From Carpediemonas membranifera BICM (Eukaryota; Protista; Fornicata), in assembly GCA_019828565.1 (NCBI GenBank), contig JAHDYR010000053.1, positions 222,214 through 286,213 of the forward strand: a stretch of DNA of 64,000 nucleotides, read 5' to 3'. This document shows positions 31,554 through 45,208 of the stretch, piece after piece (position 1 is the first letter of the stretch; each line of letters starts with the position of its first letter). The notes below the pieces were generated by a model. It saw nothing but the letters and a program-made list of their open reading frames with translations, did no database searches and was not told the DNA's origin. The translations under genes and the position numbers were made by a program.

Positions 31554-33015
<1,462 letters not shown>

Positions 33016-33453
33016 GCTGTTGTAAACCTGTTATGTATCGACTTTATTTCTTTGCAGGGTGAATCTTCGGGGACTTGGGTCTGATTCTCAAATGATTGTA
33101 TTGAATCAAAGATGTGACTCGCCCGCATCAAGCCCAATCCGCCTGTAAGGTAGGTAGCCGGCAATGCCTACCACCAACGGTGCCAGTCCAGTCACGAGTC
33201 TCCATATAATAACACCTCAGCGACTGTTGCGAGCGATGTGATTCGGGTACTGCAAGGGGCACGATGCCGATGCAGCATGGCCGTTCAACCGAGGCAATGG
33301 CTCTTGATTGGGAAACAAGCTGTGCATAGTCAACATTGCCAAGTATCGATAGCTATCGACAATATCATTCGCCTGAAAAATCTGATTCAATTTGAGAAGA
33401 TTGGAGAACGCAGTTTTTGCCAACAAGATCGGGCGACCCAGCGTGCATAAGAT

Positions 33454-36400
33454 ATGCCCCACTTATCGCGAGCACCAAGCCTTAGCTCGCAGCAGACAGG
33501 AAGTGGAACATCTACTGATGCTGCAGAGGGCGCTGGTGCCATGCATAGCTCCAAGATCGCTAGTTTGTAGAAACGAAGCAACTTCTTTTTCTCCATTCTC
33601 ACTCAGTCTTCGAACTAAGCTACATATCAACACCAAAGAGTGCTCTGTTACGACAGATCTACTCTATATGCTTTCTCCTCGTCGCCGTGCATGCCCTCTC
33701 CATCTGTGCTGACGAATCCCTCTACACCTGGCCCATCCTGTCGACAGTACAGCACGCCCTCATGTGGACACGCCTAGGACCATTGTCTGAAGTGATCAGT
33801 ACGAGCGCCATGAATGTTGTCAGCGGCACCACTCTCCTCATCGTCGTTGCCATGCTCGTCATTCATCTTGACGCACTGAGGCAGATGTCGTCTTCCAAAC
33901 TCCCCAACAAGTGGATTATACGCGCTCTAACGGCTTCATATATGGCCCGGTCGACTATCATATATCTCCCGGCCCTCGTCATCATGGACTACCAAGTCGC
34001 CACTCGACTTTCCCTCAACGCCACTGACATCATCGTTGCCGGCATGTTCGCGGTCGGATCGCTGGCTTTTACGGCCCAGACGGCGTTCGTCCTCTTCATG
34101 TCGCATCAGTTCGCCTTCACCACGACGCACCCCCTTGGTCGGCAGCACTCGAGAGTCGAGCCGACCGCATTTGTACTCCTCTCGGTTGGTGCCGCGGTGT
34201 TCAGCGTGAAGGACGAGCACCTGCTCCCCGCTGTCAAGGGCGTCATCGTGTTCCTGGCATGTGTATTCATCGTCGCCCTCATCGTCGTCTTCACGCCCTA
34301 CTATCGTACTTTCTCACTCAGCCTTGTCCCGTCGATCATATGGATCCTTGGCGCTGCTGCCACATGCGCCGTGACCCCCTGGCTCGCCCTGTGCCTGCTC
34401 TCCCTCACACCGGTGGTCGCCCTACTCCCGATGGGCATGGTCAAGCTCACCACACTCGCCACGAGGAAGTACAGGGCGGAGGTCATGGCCCTGGAGAGCC
34501 CTGACCAGGTGCCGGAGACCAGGCCTTTCCTGCTCTTCCCATACCAGGTCGAGGTCGCGCTGAGGGAATCTCGCAAGAAGATCGCCAAGGCGAAGAAGGA
34601 CGTTGCAGTGATCAACAAGCGCGTGCCGATGGCCATCTTCGAGTTTGCCGGCACTGTTAGCGAGGATGGCGTCCTTGATATGACCCGGCTCTCAGCCAAG
34701 GACCGGGAACTGATCGCCCAGGCGCGCCAGACCATCGAGGCTGAGACGGCGTACGGCATGCGGCTGTTCTCGATCACCCGCTCCCGCTGGCCGCACAGCG
34801 CATACCTCGCCCTGACGTACATCATCTACACGGCCGCCTACCGCACCCAGTCCCTCCAGTCGGCTATGTACTCAACGGCGAGCACTATGAAGCGGTCGTT
34901 CAGCCTCGACTTCCAGTACGGGCGGTTCCTCTGCAAGAACTACACAGCTGCCCTGCACAGCGACGCCAGCGTGCTTACAAAGCTGGAGGCACAGCGAGAC
35001 CAACGCACGCTGATGAAAGCACAGCGCCAACTAGCCGACGAGCTGGCCAACGTATGGCGCCGTATCCTCGCCAACGCCGGCCAGCCCTCGACGGCAAACT
35101 TCAAGTTCTACATGGGCGCTGTCGAGAAGATCTCGGCCCTGCGTGCCCAGATCGACGCCCTGTACACGCGGGCCCTGAACCACCCGACCCCCCGCATCGT
35201 CCGGTCCTACGCCCAGTACCTCTCCATCATTGACCCGTCCCCCGCTGTCGCCGCGTACTGCGAGGAGCTGTACGGCGTCGCTGACGAGCTCGAGGTCGCC
35301 CCGGGAGAGGGGGAGAACGAGAAGAACAACGTCAGGGTGACTCGCATTGACACGGCCGACCACGGATCCGCGGGCTTCATCCACCACTCCAGAGCGGTGG
35401 CCGCCATTGTCGTCATCGCAACCTGTATCACCGCGGGCGTGCTCATCATCATGGGATTTACATACCTCCACTATAACGTCCTGTGGCAAAGTATAGGTAT
35501 TGTTCAGGTCACGTCTGGCGTGCAGTACATCGCCTCGACTCTTGCCTTGCTTAGAATCGGCATGGGCGACTACCTCGTCGCCACGACCGCATACCTGGGT
35601 GCGCCCTGGCTTGCTTCTGTTGCTGATATGCCTGCCCGCTTCCAAAAGCATGCCCTGGACAACTTCCCCACGAGTTTATATGTTTACGGGGCTGCTACGT
35701 ACGCCGACTACAAGGACGCCCGCACCTACGAGGTGCTCGACCTCGATGAGGCCTGGTACGACGACGCCCTCGACGCGATTGTGACAGTTGCCACTCATCT
35801 TTCGTACAACATCCCCGACCTGCTCTCCTCCGCCACCATCACCGTGCCCGTGTTCCAGGGCCTGGTCGAGACGGGCACCGAGGACGTCTCCCTCATGGCG
35901 TATTACTCCAACGTCGTACACGCGTGCGAGTCTCTTTCGGCGTGTGTTAGTGACGGTTTGGACGCTGGTTCGGCTACTGCGGCGGCTGACTGTCTCGATG
36001 GAATGATTGACACAATCTTGGGATACGAAAAGGCAATGATTGAGCCCGTCATGAACGGCCTGAACTCCGTGGCCGCAGACACCTTCATCCACACTCAAAT
36101 GTTCCCAACCCTCGAACTCATAGCTTTCCTATGCCTTTTGTTCGTGATGCTCGCAAGCTTCTTCACAACCACGCTCTTCCTATTCGTCAGACCAACTGTC
36201 GGCCACAACAAGTTCTCCATGCGCGCCATCCGCCTGCTCAATTTCATTCCAGGGTCCACCCTCGACGCCATGGTCAATGAAATTGATTCATTCAAAAGAG
36301 CTGTGCGGGGTCGGGCGGACCAGTCTGCTACAGCGCGGATCGAGTCAGAATTCGGCACCCCGCAGCCCATGGTGTCACCTCCCATAACCAGACGGTCGAC

Positions 36401-37571
36401 CACCCTCACGTTCCAACTGGCGAGTGTCAAGTCCCCCCTGAACTCCTCCAGGGCGCCGGGCACAGTGTCCCAGCAGAGTCTGCAGGACGAGGGGGACGGT
36501 TTCCCCAACGAGGCTGAGACACCACAGACTGAGGTGAAGTCTCTCGCACTTTTAGACACCGAGGAGACTGTGACCAGCAGTACGGATTCGGGAAAGAAGG
36601 TATATGCTCTGAGAGACTCGGACGGGACCAACGCACATCGGTTCCGGCGCAGTGTGATCCAACTACGCATGATTGGCCGTGCACTGCCGGTCATCCTCGT
36701 GTGGATGTTCCTCTTCAGCGTAGTCTTCCTCCTGATGTTCTGTGTTGTCCTCTACAGGTCAGGTCTTGCCACCACGGTCGCCATGACTCTCTTCTACCAA
36801 TACCGCACTCTCAACCGTCTTCGGGGCCTGTCTACGATGGCCATCACCATGGCCTTCGGGACACCCTCGGCACCACCACCCGTGGACGCAGCGTATATCG
36901 AACCAGTGTATTCTGGCACACTGGCCGAGCTCGACAGCTTCATAGCCCACCTGACGGGCAATAGTGCCGTCGACAACGACGTCGTGGTCGAGCCATATGA
37001 CTCTCTCCATCCCATGTTCAGTCTGCCCGCGAAGTCACTCAACCGCCTGCTCGGTAGCGGCGACTCTTGGATCGAGGGCGACTATGAGGACGAGATCACC
37101 GACCTGCTGTACAACTCGGCCTGCTTCAGGTTCTTTGACGACATGTGCGAGGCCCCTTTCGTCATGTACAGCGCCAGTGGCCATGGTGTCATCAACGCTG
37201 TGTCTGCCGCGCTTGCCTACGCTGACGCGCACCTCCGAGAGATCCAGGATGGCAGCGCCGACACGACCGTGCTGCTGGCGATGTCGTCACTGGTCGACCT
37301 CGACGTCAGCTCGGGTCTGTATCTGATCTGGGACCACCTCTACGCCAGACTCGACACCCAACTGACCAGCACAAGGACGGACGCGGCCTATTTCCTGGGC
37401 GTCTTCGTGGCGATGCTCGGCGTGTTCTACTATGTGCACCTCTATCGCTCCATCGTGAGGAACGGCCGCACTCGCCGCCAGCTCGGGCTGATGTTCCGGT
37501 CGGTCCCCAGGGAAGGCATATCGCCCAAGCTGCTGGAGAAGCTGCTGGAGGTGTTCCCTGAGGATGAGTAA
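33454..37571 (+). CDS. Large polytopic Tmc-like membrane protein; intron 33563-33606
   Basis: Removing GTTTGT...CTCACTCAG joins ATG 33454 in frame to the 1294-aa ORF; paralog of 4850-9208. Confidence 0.7.
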
Positions 37572-37660
37572 CGAAAATTTTATATTCGCAATTATGGTCG
37601 CTGGGGGAATACTCTGGCGTCATTATTTATAAATCGGACTTTTGTTTATCAAGACCCACG

Positions 37661-38839
37661 CTACTTCACTTCCCTGTCACGGTCCGAGAGCAACGGGCCC
37701 GCTAGATCCAGGACGTTCAAGAGCTCGGGGTCATCTGCCTCATGCCGCAGCGAGCTGTGCTCCGCGTGCATTATCCGGTGATAAAGTTCAGTGGCTAAAA
37801 TATGAGGACCGTTTGCAGATTTCACAAAGTCCCTCCTGTGAAGAAGACATGCGAACGGGTCAGATGAGTCAATTGGAGTCAACTTGATGATCGCGTCGAC
37901 TGTATCCGGAGTCGTGTCCGGAGAGATCGGCGACGGCGTCCTTAAACTGTCGCCCGTCGGCCGCCATTCAGTCGGCATGGGTGGAGGGACGGTGAGCGCT
38001 GATGTGCCCCGTCTGGGCCGCTGTGGTGGCGGCTGGGGTTCCAGCGGCTTAGTCTGTCGTGACTTCTTTGGTGTCTTCGGACTTGGTTTGGGCGCCACGG
38101 GCATTCGGCGGGCCCATTCGACCCAGCGCGGGTCTGTGTCTGCTAGTAGTGGCATATCGCCCAATCGCGGACCGAGAAAGTCGTAAAACTGCTTGAATTG
38201 GCCAAGTGCCGAGGGCGTCGTGGAGCACATCACCGCCTCTCCTGCAAACATGTCTCCACGCCTAGGAACACGCAGCGGGGCCATGAGAAGGCCCAGGTTT
38301 GTCCGGAGCAGGGTCAGTTGGCTCTTGGCAGTGGGGGTAAGGTCCATCTTGCCGAGGACGCCGAGCGCAGTCAGCGGAGTCATCTTGCTGTTGGTTGGGG
38401 GGAATCTGAGCGCCATCTCGTGCTCTGCGGTGAATCTCCATATGCGGGGGTCGGTCAGGCCCTCCTCCAGGGCCATCTGCTGTAGTATGTCAGCGTATCC
38501 CTCCCGAAGGGCGTCGAGGATGGGGAGTTCCCGCATGATCTCGCTGATGTCGCCGTTAGCGAGCTTCTCTAGGCGTTTGTCGTAGCACAGCACGTTCTTC
38601 ACGGTTGATCTGCGGGTGCTGCGGGAGGGGCGCCAGGTCATAAGCTCGTCGATCTCGTTAAGGAACCCGGCGACGCGTAGGACGGTGAAAACTGTACTCA
38701 GAATACGGCGCTCTTTGGACATACAGGCGGCAATGTCGTTGCGCGTGGCGACGTTGTCGTGCAGCATCTCTTTCACTAGAAGCGCGATAGCCTCGGTCTT
38801 GCCGACGCCTTTTGCGCTAGCAGGCTCTTGTTCTTCCAT
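37661..38839 (-). CDS. Hypothetical protein, possible N-terminal winged helix and Pro/Ser/Thr-rich tail
   Basis: 392-aa ATG ORF; ERRILSTVFTVLRVAGFL loosely resembles an E2F-type recognition helix. Confidence 0.55.
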   Translation of the reverse strand: MEEQEPASAKGVGKTEAIALLVKEMLHDNVATRNDIAACMSKERRILSTVFTVLRVAGFLNEIDELMTWRPSRSTRRSTVKNVLCYDKRLEKLANGDISEIMRELPILDALREGYADILQQMALEEGLTDPRIWRFTAEHEMALRFPPTNSKMTPLTALGVLGKMDLTPTAKSQLTLLRTNLGLLMAPLRVPRRGDMFAGEAVMCSTTPSALGQFKQFYDFLGPRLGDMPLLADTDPRWVEWARRMPVAPKPSPKTPKKSRQTKPLEPQPPPQRPRRGTSALTVPPPMPTEWRPTGDSLRTPSPISPDTTPDTVDAIIKLTPIDSSDPFACLLHRRDFVKSANGPHILATELYHRIMHAEHSSLRHEADDPELLNVLDLAGPLLSDRDREVK

Positions 38840-39130
38840 GGTTACGGCGTGTTACTATGTTCTAACGTGCCGCACTACCAGCTCCGGAACACTCGCATGC
38901 GAAGACCACACTGTCCCCGCCATTTACGCGAATGCATGGCACAATACAGTATATGGCAGGAATGGACACATTCCGACGCCATCACTGTGCCCCCCTCACA
39001 TTCTTAGTCGCCACGATCACTTGTCCCAACAATAGAACGCAGGACAACAAGCAAACATTTATCCGCGGGCCCAATGCCGTCTCTGTGGGACCACCTGAAC
39101 CATAGTAACCTCCACATGCCATGCTGCGCT

Positions 39131-39787
39131 TCATTCGCCGTCATCTTGGGGAAAGACCTCTCTGAGTTTCATCCTGTCGACGTCGTCATCGCCCAGGCGG
39201 AGCAGCATGCGAATAGCCTCGATGGGGCACTCGAACTCTGCCTTGTACTGCTCTACTAGCTCCAGCAAGTGTGTGTGCCACTTTGTCGCGAGGGCAAGGT
39301 GGCCTGCGATCTTCTCGGCGGTTGGGTCGGGTACGTTCGATCGTTTCGACTTAGCATGCGCTTTAAGCTTGGCAGACATCGTAGAAACTTCAGCCTGGAG
39401 TGCCTCGACCTCCTTCTCCAGCGTTTCGATGAGCTTTGCCTTGGCGGCGAGAGCAGGGGTGGCGGCGGGAGCGGCAGATGAAGCGCGAGGCTCTCCCGAG
39501 GCTGGAAGAAAGACGATGACCTTCTTAACAGTTCCATCCACTGTTACTCGCGCCACCTCCTTGTCCACAATGTTTTCAGCCACCAGCTTCTTCAGAATCG
39601 ATTGAACGTTCTTCGCTGGAGCGCCAATTCGGATAGAAAGCTCCTCCACGGTCATAGGAACGTTGATTCGTCCCCAGACCTCACCGAGAGCTTCAGCAAG
39701 TTCCGTTCTGGAGTGTTTGCTGCTCATGTTTAAGGCGGTGGCCGCCGCCTCCTTCAATGAAATCATCAAACAGGCAGCCACTGCCAT
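39131..39787 (-). CDS. Winged-helix plus coiled-coil protein (Hop2/Mnd1-like architecture, uncertain)
   Basis: NVPMTVEEL...KNVQSILKKLVAENIV wHTH-like segment followed by heptad repeats. Confidence 0.5.
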   Translation of the reverse strand: MAVAACLMISLKEAAATALNMSSKHSRTELAEALGEVWGRINVPMTVEELSIRIGAPAKNVQSILKKLVAENIVDKEVARVTVDGTVKKVIVFLPASGEPRASSAAPAATPALAAKAKLIETLEKEVEALQAEVSTMSAKLKAHAKSKRSNVPDPTAEKIAGHLALATKWHTHLLELVEQYKAEFECPIEAIRMLLRLGDDDVDRMKLREVFPQDDGE

Positions 39788-40063
39788 CTGCTACGGTCCG
39801 TCTGCCGAGTCTAATCCCTTGCTGGGTAGTCGTATAGGCATTGCTTGGAGTTGCCGAGGGCGGGAGAGCCTGGGGACGGGTCAAGATCGCTGAAAAATAG
39901 ACACACCCAAATCACGTCCATTGTGGAGAGCTTATTCTCACTAGGCCCACTCTTGAGATGACTGTAATCACCTTGTCATCTGGAAAAAGTTCGGCACAAA
40001 CCGCAAACGCGTAAAAGCTGAGGTCTGTTTCAAGGATGCGCTCTAATACAGCAAGAAAACACA

Positions 40064-40442
40064 ATGGTGAAGGTTATCGAGACTACAGAGGAGTTCCAGC
40101 AGCTCATTGACGGCGACAAGGCTGTTGTCGTGGACTTTTTCGCGGAATGGTGCCCGCCGTGCAAGGTACGTTCCCCTTCTCTCTCGTTCTCATTCAGGTT
40201 CGTTCTTATTCCCTATTCCTATGCAGATGATTGGCCCTCGTTTCATCAAGATCGCTGAGGAAAACCCCGACGTCATTTGCGTCAAGGTCGATGTCGACGC
40301 CAACCAGGGCGCCGCCGCTATCGCCGGCATCCGCGCGATGCCCACGTTCAAGGCCTTCAAGAACGGCCAGCAGATCGCTGAGGTTGTCGGCGCGAACGAG
40401 GCAGGCATCCGCCAGCTCGTCGAGAAGGCCAAGACCGCCTAA
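40064..40442 (+). CDS. Thioredoxin; intron 40166-40226
   Basis: VVVDFFAEWCPPCK, GTACGT...CCTATGCAG intron, then MIGP..KVDVD..IRAMPTF..VVGAN. Confidence 0.95.
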
Positions 40443-40853
40443 GGACTGTTCAATAAACTCTGGTTCAACGTGATCATGATGTGGTGCTGTGTCACGTCAT
40501 GGGTTGGAAGGTCGGAATTGCCCGCATGAAAACCATGACGATGTGGTCATATGCGAATGGATGACACGAGTACATGATCCTCTCCTGATCATTGGGGACA
40601 CTCATTCATACTCCCAAGTTACCAAGGGGATTTCCTCTCGACCGTGTGCCCGGCTTCTCAGAAATGGTTCGATAAAATCGGAATATCTGCCGGCAATTCT
40701 GGACCGCTGAGATCTTATGAAAGAGGATTTGTGCCACTTGCCATGCACGCGCCTTCATGACTGCTGCTCTTGCCGCATGAAGATGCCGTCTGAACCTTCA
40801 CCATACCAAATGTGCGCGCGTCCAAAACTGCGGGATACCACGAAGCGCGCGCG

Positions 40854-42044
40854 ATGGATACCCAGGATCCGTCGACGCCAGTACATTATAATGACTCCAA
40901 ACGAAGAAATAACGTGAAGTTCATAACCACCTTCATTATCAGTTCTCTTTCGAAAGTTCTCATCGGGTTTCTGTTTGTCGCGACGAAATACTGTCTCCCG
41001 TACTTCGACCCTCTGCTATTCTCCGCCCTCCGTCTCACAATGGCCTCAGTTCTCCTCTTCCCCTTCCTGGTTCCCCATATCCGCAAGCTCGTCGCCACAA
41101 CGAAGTCCCATCCCCACGCACTCCTGCTCTACCCGCTGTACGCCCTATGCACGGCCACATCCCCCGTGTTCATCAACTACGCGGCCCAATACACCACCGT
41201 GTCCAACATAGGCATCCTCACATCCCTCATGCCGGCGTACAGCTTCGTCCTCTCTGTTTGCCTCGGTCACGAGAAGCTCACGCTCGTCTCAATCACTGCC
41301 GTGCTCGTAGCAATGGTGGCCGCCCTAGGTATCGTCGACATGTCCACAATCAGCGTCAATCTCTCCGATTCCGTCGGTATCATCCTCATGGTCGCCCAAG
41401 GTGTCTTCGGTGCCGTATTCAACGAGCTCACCAAGGAGTTCGTGTCCATGGGCTTCGACTCCGTCAGCATCTCCGTCGTATCCTTCATCGGGGCCGGCGC
41501 CCTCACCTGGTCGTGCTGGCTCATCCTTGCGCCCTTCCACGGCCTCTACACATTCACTCCGAATCTATTAGACACGTCACTGCGCGCTTGGGTGTCTCTC
41601 CTGTACGCCGGTGTGTTCGGCACGGCCGTCGTCTGGCTGGTCGTCGCATGGTCAGCCCGCCAGCTGTCCGCCGTGGCCATCAGCACTCAGATGCTCATCG
41701 TCCCCCCGGTTTCGTCCATACTTGGCACCCTGTTCTTCGACGACCCTACTGGGGTCGGTACGGTGCTGAACATGTTTGAGGTCCTCCTAGGGCTCCTTCT
41801 CCTGGCCACCAGGAAACCGCGGACAAAGACCGCACCTGCCGTGGAGGAGGCTCAGGAGACATTGGAGACGGATAGCCCAATCCTCGAAGTCAAGTCGACC
41901 AGGGGTGACTCTGACTCTGACTCCGAGTTGGAGTCGAAAACACCAGAGGACATCTCCCTGTCCGCCATCCCGAGCTCGTTTGACAGCTACCCCATCCTTG
42001 AGTTCCCTGAGCACCAGGATCTCGAGCTGCCATCTGATCCGTAG
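40854..42044 (+). CDS. EamA/DMT family transporter
   Basis: Multi-TM, YTTVSNIGIL and LGHEKL; paralog of 29405-30868. Confidence 0.85.
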   Translation: MDTQDPSTPVHYNDSKRRNNVKFITTFIISSLSKVLIGFLFVATKYCLPYFDPLLFSALRLTMASVLLFPFLVPHIRKLVATTKSHPHALLLYPLYALCTATSPVFINYAAQYTTVSNIGILTSLMPAYSFVLSVCLGHEKLTLVSITAVLVAMVAALGIVDMSTISVNLSDSVGIILMVAQGVFGAVFNELTKEFVSMGFDSVSISVVSFIGAGALTWSCWLILAPFHGLYTFTPNLLDTSLRAWVSLLYAGVFGTAVVWLVVAWSARQLSAVAISTQMLIVPPVSSILGTLFFDDPTGVGTVLNMFEVLLGLLLLATRKPRTKTAPAVEEAQETLETDSPILEVKSTRGDSDSDSELESKTPEDISLSAIPSSFDSYPILEFPEHQDLELPSDP

Positions 42045-42283
42045 AGCGGGTTGGGTTGCATTGTTGCTTTTCCGCTGTCTTTATGTGTATGATTATTCTT
42101 ATCGGGCCACTGACCCTTGTCGCGGTGTTCTCTTGATTGTGTTAAATGCTGATTCCTCAGCCTGGTGTGGTCATGTCTTTGCTGCTCGCCCTGCCCCAGT
42201 GCAAGGCGAAGCTATGGGATGCAGATGCTCAGGGGTGCGTGCTGGGCGGTGAGAGAGTGGCGTTGCGTGAAGCCAAACAACAA

Positions 42284-42421
42284 CAGTGTTGCGCAGTTGA
42301 GCACTGGAAGATTTTGTGATGGGAGCGAATGTCACACGCCCGACCTTCGAACCGAGTAGGAGGGAGACAGGGCAGTGTTGCGCAGTATAAACACATTGTT
42401 CGACCCTTCAATAGCACACAA
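42284..42421 (+). repeat. Solo copy of the Fanzor-2 terminal repeat (possible non-autonomous element)
   Basis: 42354-42421 is 66/68 identical to 17015-17082; a second core CAGTGTTGCGCAGT lies at 42284. Confidence 0.8.
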
Positions 42422-42470
42422 ACTGTTTGCTTAAAGTGCGAAATTCGAGGACCTTATCAACAACCAAGGC

Positions 42471-43982
42471 ATGACGATACCGACCAGTTCGTCACGTCCA
42501 CATGCGCCAAAAGATCTACAAATTGAACAAACGGAAGGAATTCAGCTGATCCTTGCACGTCTTGGAGCACTTGAAGAAAACTCTCCATTCCTACCCAAGT
42601 TAGACTCTCTCGATGCAGTTTCATACGCACACGCCCTTTCTATAGCATATTCCATGAAAATTCGACCCGATATCATCTCAACGATGGAGTCGGACCTCTG
42701 TGCGCGCCTCACGCCCGAGACTGTCCTCTCCGCGCTCGCCATCCTTCTCACGGAGTCCAAACACCTCTCCACCCGCACAGTGTACCCTGCCGGGGTGGCC
42801 AAGGCCATCTCCTATGCGATGCGCCGCTTCAGCATCCTCATTGACGATGACTGGACTATCTTGCCCTTCCATGCACTAGCACGGGTCGCCACGATGGTCT
42901 CCAGGGTCGACTCAGCATTCCCCTCTGTACTTCTAGCCAACATATACACCTCAATCACCCCAGACCAGGTTGGGGCGATGGTCTCCATGTGTCCTGTCAT
43001 CTCCCCAACGGTAGCACCTTATCTCCTTTCCCTCGGCGTTCCCAACAGTCTGTTCCGGCTCTGTGTCAACTCCCTGGCCCACAGCATGCATACGGTGGAT
43101 CCTGATACCCTCGCCATCGCCCTCATGGATGTTCCTGACGACGCAGTTTTAGACATCCTCTCACACGACGAGGCGAGTGCAGCCGAGGACAAGATCCTGG
43201 ACATCTCACTCGCAGTGGGCAGGCTGAGGGGCCTCTCGCCCTCCAAGATGCAGGTGATGGTACGGGACGCCGTCCGCCTGCCCCAGCTCTCGTCTGAGGC
43301 CCTCTCCAAGCTCGCGGAGACTGGCCTGGTCACAGTTGACGACCTCATTTGTGCGGCCAAGTGCCAGGCCATCCCAGACCGGCCGGCGCCGTACGGACTC
43401 AACTGGGCCCGCCGAACGCCCAAGCCGACGCTAATTGACACTCTCCGTGTCCCTGCCGCGCTTATCTACGGCCCTGGTGGGGCAGGCCGGGCGAATCGAA
43501 TGGTTGATCATTTGATTGCTTCGGGGGCGCCGCAGGTGGTGTGCGTGCCATCGTCAACAACCGACGAGGACGACTATGATTTGGTCGAGTCGGCGCCGCT
43601 TGTCATTGTCATGACTAAGGCGACCCCACCGAATCTAGCAGATCGTATCTCCAGGAGGAAAAGATTGACCATATATACGGCGATCGCAGTCCCTCGAGGG
43701 TCCAGCATGGCTTCGACACCAGCCTCGACCGCCCGACTTGTCAAGACTCTAACTAGCAGAGTCGGAATCAAGTCACCGATTGAGATCATCACTTCCCCAC
43801 TCCACGGCCCTTCCTACCTGGCCTACAGCGACGGCACGCCCGCACTTGTGAGTTCATCCGACCGCCGGACAGCGATATGGAATCTGTCGCTCCCCGCTGA
43901 GCCGAGTGGCGGGGAGTTTGAGGCGGTGATGACGTCATGGCGGGCTATTCTGCGGATATGCACGGACCATGCGGCATTGTGA
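42471..43982 (+). CDS. Hypothetical protein with a BACK-like helical region
   Basis: 503-aa ORF; EDKILD...VRLPQLS resembles the end of a BACK domain. Confidence 0.55.
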   Translation: MTIPTSSSRPHAPKDLQIEQTEGIQLILARLGALEENSPFLPKLDSLDAVSYAHALSIAYSMKIRPDIISTMESDLCARLTPETVLSALAILLTESKHLSTRTVYPAGVAKAISYAMRRFSILIDDDWTILPFHALARVATMVSRVDSAFPSVLLANIYTSITPDQVGAMVSMCPVISPTVAPYLLSLGVPNSLFRLCVNSLAHSMHTVDPDTLAIALMDVPDDAVLDILSHDEASAAEDKILDISLAVGRLRGLSPSKMQVMVRDAVRLPQLSSEALSKLAETGLVTVDDLICAAKCQAIPDRPAPYGLNWARRTPKPTLIDTLRVPAALIYGPGGAGRANRMVDHLIASGAPQVVCVPSSTTDEDDYDLVESAPLVIVMTKATPPNLADRISRRKRLTIYTAIAVPRGSSMASTPASTARLVKTLTSRVGIKSPIEIITSPLHGPSYLAYSDGTPALVSSSDRRTAIWNLSLPAEPSGGEFEAVMTSWRAILRICTDHAAL

Positions 43983-44134
43983 GGGTTATGGTGTTGTATT
44001 AGTACCGATATAAATGGATCTCTCGAGATGGTCGGGGCTTTGATGTATCGTGTGACAGTTGGTGAAGTACTCTTTCCAAGCTTCAATTCCACTCACCATC
44101 ACCATCATGAAGCATGGCTCTTTACATTCTACCC

Positions 44135-45058
44135 TCATAACATAGTAAATCCATCCTCAGCCCTGAACACCACAAACTCATACTCGATCACGGAATATCC
44201 CTGGTTCACCATGGGACTCAATCCTGGAGCACGGCGGGGTGTCGAGGTCACCTTGCCGTGGTAGTAGCCGCCAGCACACCGCTCTATGGGCGCTACAAAG
44301 CGGGTAACAACCTTCGCGTCGGCTGGGAGGTCGACGGAGGTTAGCCTACGAGCATTCGTGGCGTCTTCAACAGTGAGCGTTCGCTGATCCGGAAGTGGAT
44401 TTGACGCGTTCAATTCCACTCCATCTCTCGTGATTCTGACCAAACTGACGAGAGGCACCCTCGACTTCACTCTGGCGTCGGGCTGCACCTCCAGCTTCCC
44501 GAGCCTGCCAGTCACCGACCCGACGAGAACATGGCCGTGAGAAGGGCATGTGTACTCACGCACAGCGTCCAGTCTGACCAGTCCTGGGAGTATTGGGGCG
44601 TTAGCGGGCGGGGTGGGTGCCACTGGTGTCTCAGCTGCGGCCCAGTCGTCCAAGAGGCGGAGGTTTGCTTGGATTGCTCGGCGTTGCTCTACTTTAGGAG
44701 GTACAGACATGGCTTCCAGCATCTTTCTGACCTCCCAGGGCGTCTCTGCGTGGAGCTTGGGCTCCTGGACGCGGGTGTCGTATGAGCACTCCGGGCATCT
44801 CAGGAAGGAGCCCGTTTCAGCAGTTGTAGTTGTAGCCATGCGTTCATTGCATTGCGGACATATGTGGCACTGCTTGCAATGAGGCACAGTCTCTGTGGCT
44901 GAGGAGTGTTGGAGGAATAAGCCGCAGCGAGGGCATGTGACCGAGGTGATGCGCGATGGACTACAGATCCTGCAATGAATCTTGTTGCACTTAGAGCAGT
45001 ACATCGCATTCTTCGCCGTAACGTCGGTGTTGCATGAACACCGCAGAAACAACGACAT
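44135..45058 (-). CDS. DCTN4: Dynactin p62 subunit-like
   Basis: Cys pattern YCSKC....CRIC...CPRC...CKQCHICPQC...LRCPECSYDTR plus a beta-rich C-terminus; start uncertain. Confidence 0.7.
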   Translation of the reverse strand: MSLFLRCSCNTDVTAKNAMYCSKCNKIHCRICSPSRITSVTCPRCGLFLQHSSATETVPHCKQCHICPQCNERMATTTTAETGSFLRCPECSYDTRVQEPKLHAETPWEVRKMLEAMSVPPKVEQRRAIQANLRLLDDWAAAETPVAPTPPANAPILPGLVRLDAVREYTCPSHGHVLVGSVTGRLGKLEVQPDARVKSRVPLVSLVRITRDGVELNASNPLPDQRTLTVEDATNARRLTSVDLPADAKVVTRFVAPIERCAGGYYHGKVTSTPRRAPGLSPMVNQGYSVIEYEFVVFRAEDGFTML

Positions 45059-45208
45059 TGGGAATTGACGAGATCAAGCAGACACCAGCAGCGAGCCTTG
45101 GGCTCGACAACGGCATGACACACACACTCACTCGCTCGCTGGAGCCTGGCCCAACTTTGCTGCCACCTCATCGTGACTTGCCTGCGGGAGTCATTCCCTG
45201 TTGGCGAT

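Noticed and set aside
39788-39842. In-frame TAG upstream of 39787 suggesting TAR=Gln recoding as in hexamitids
   Set aside because: TAA and TAG terminate well-conserved genes here (GDH, AspRS, CysRS, Lsm14), so the code is standard
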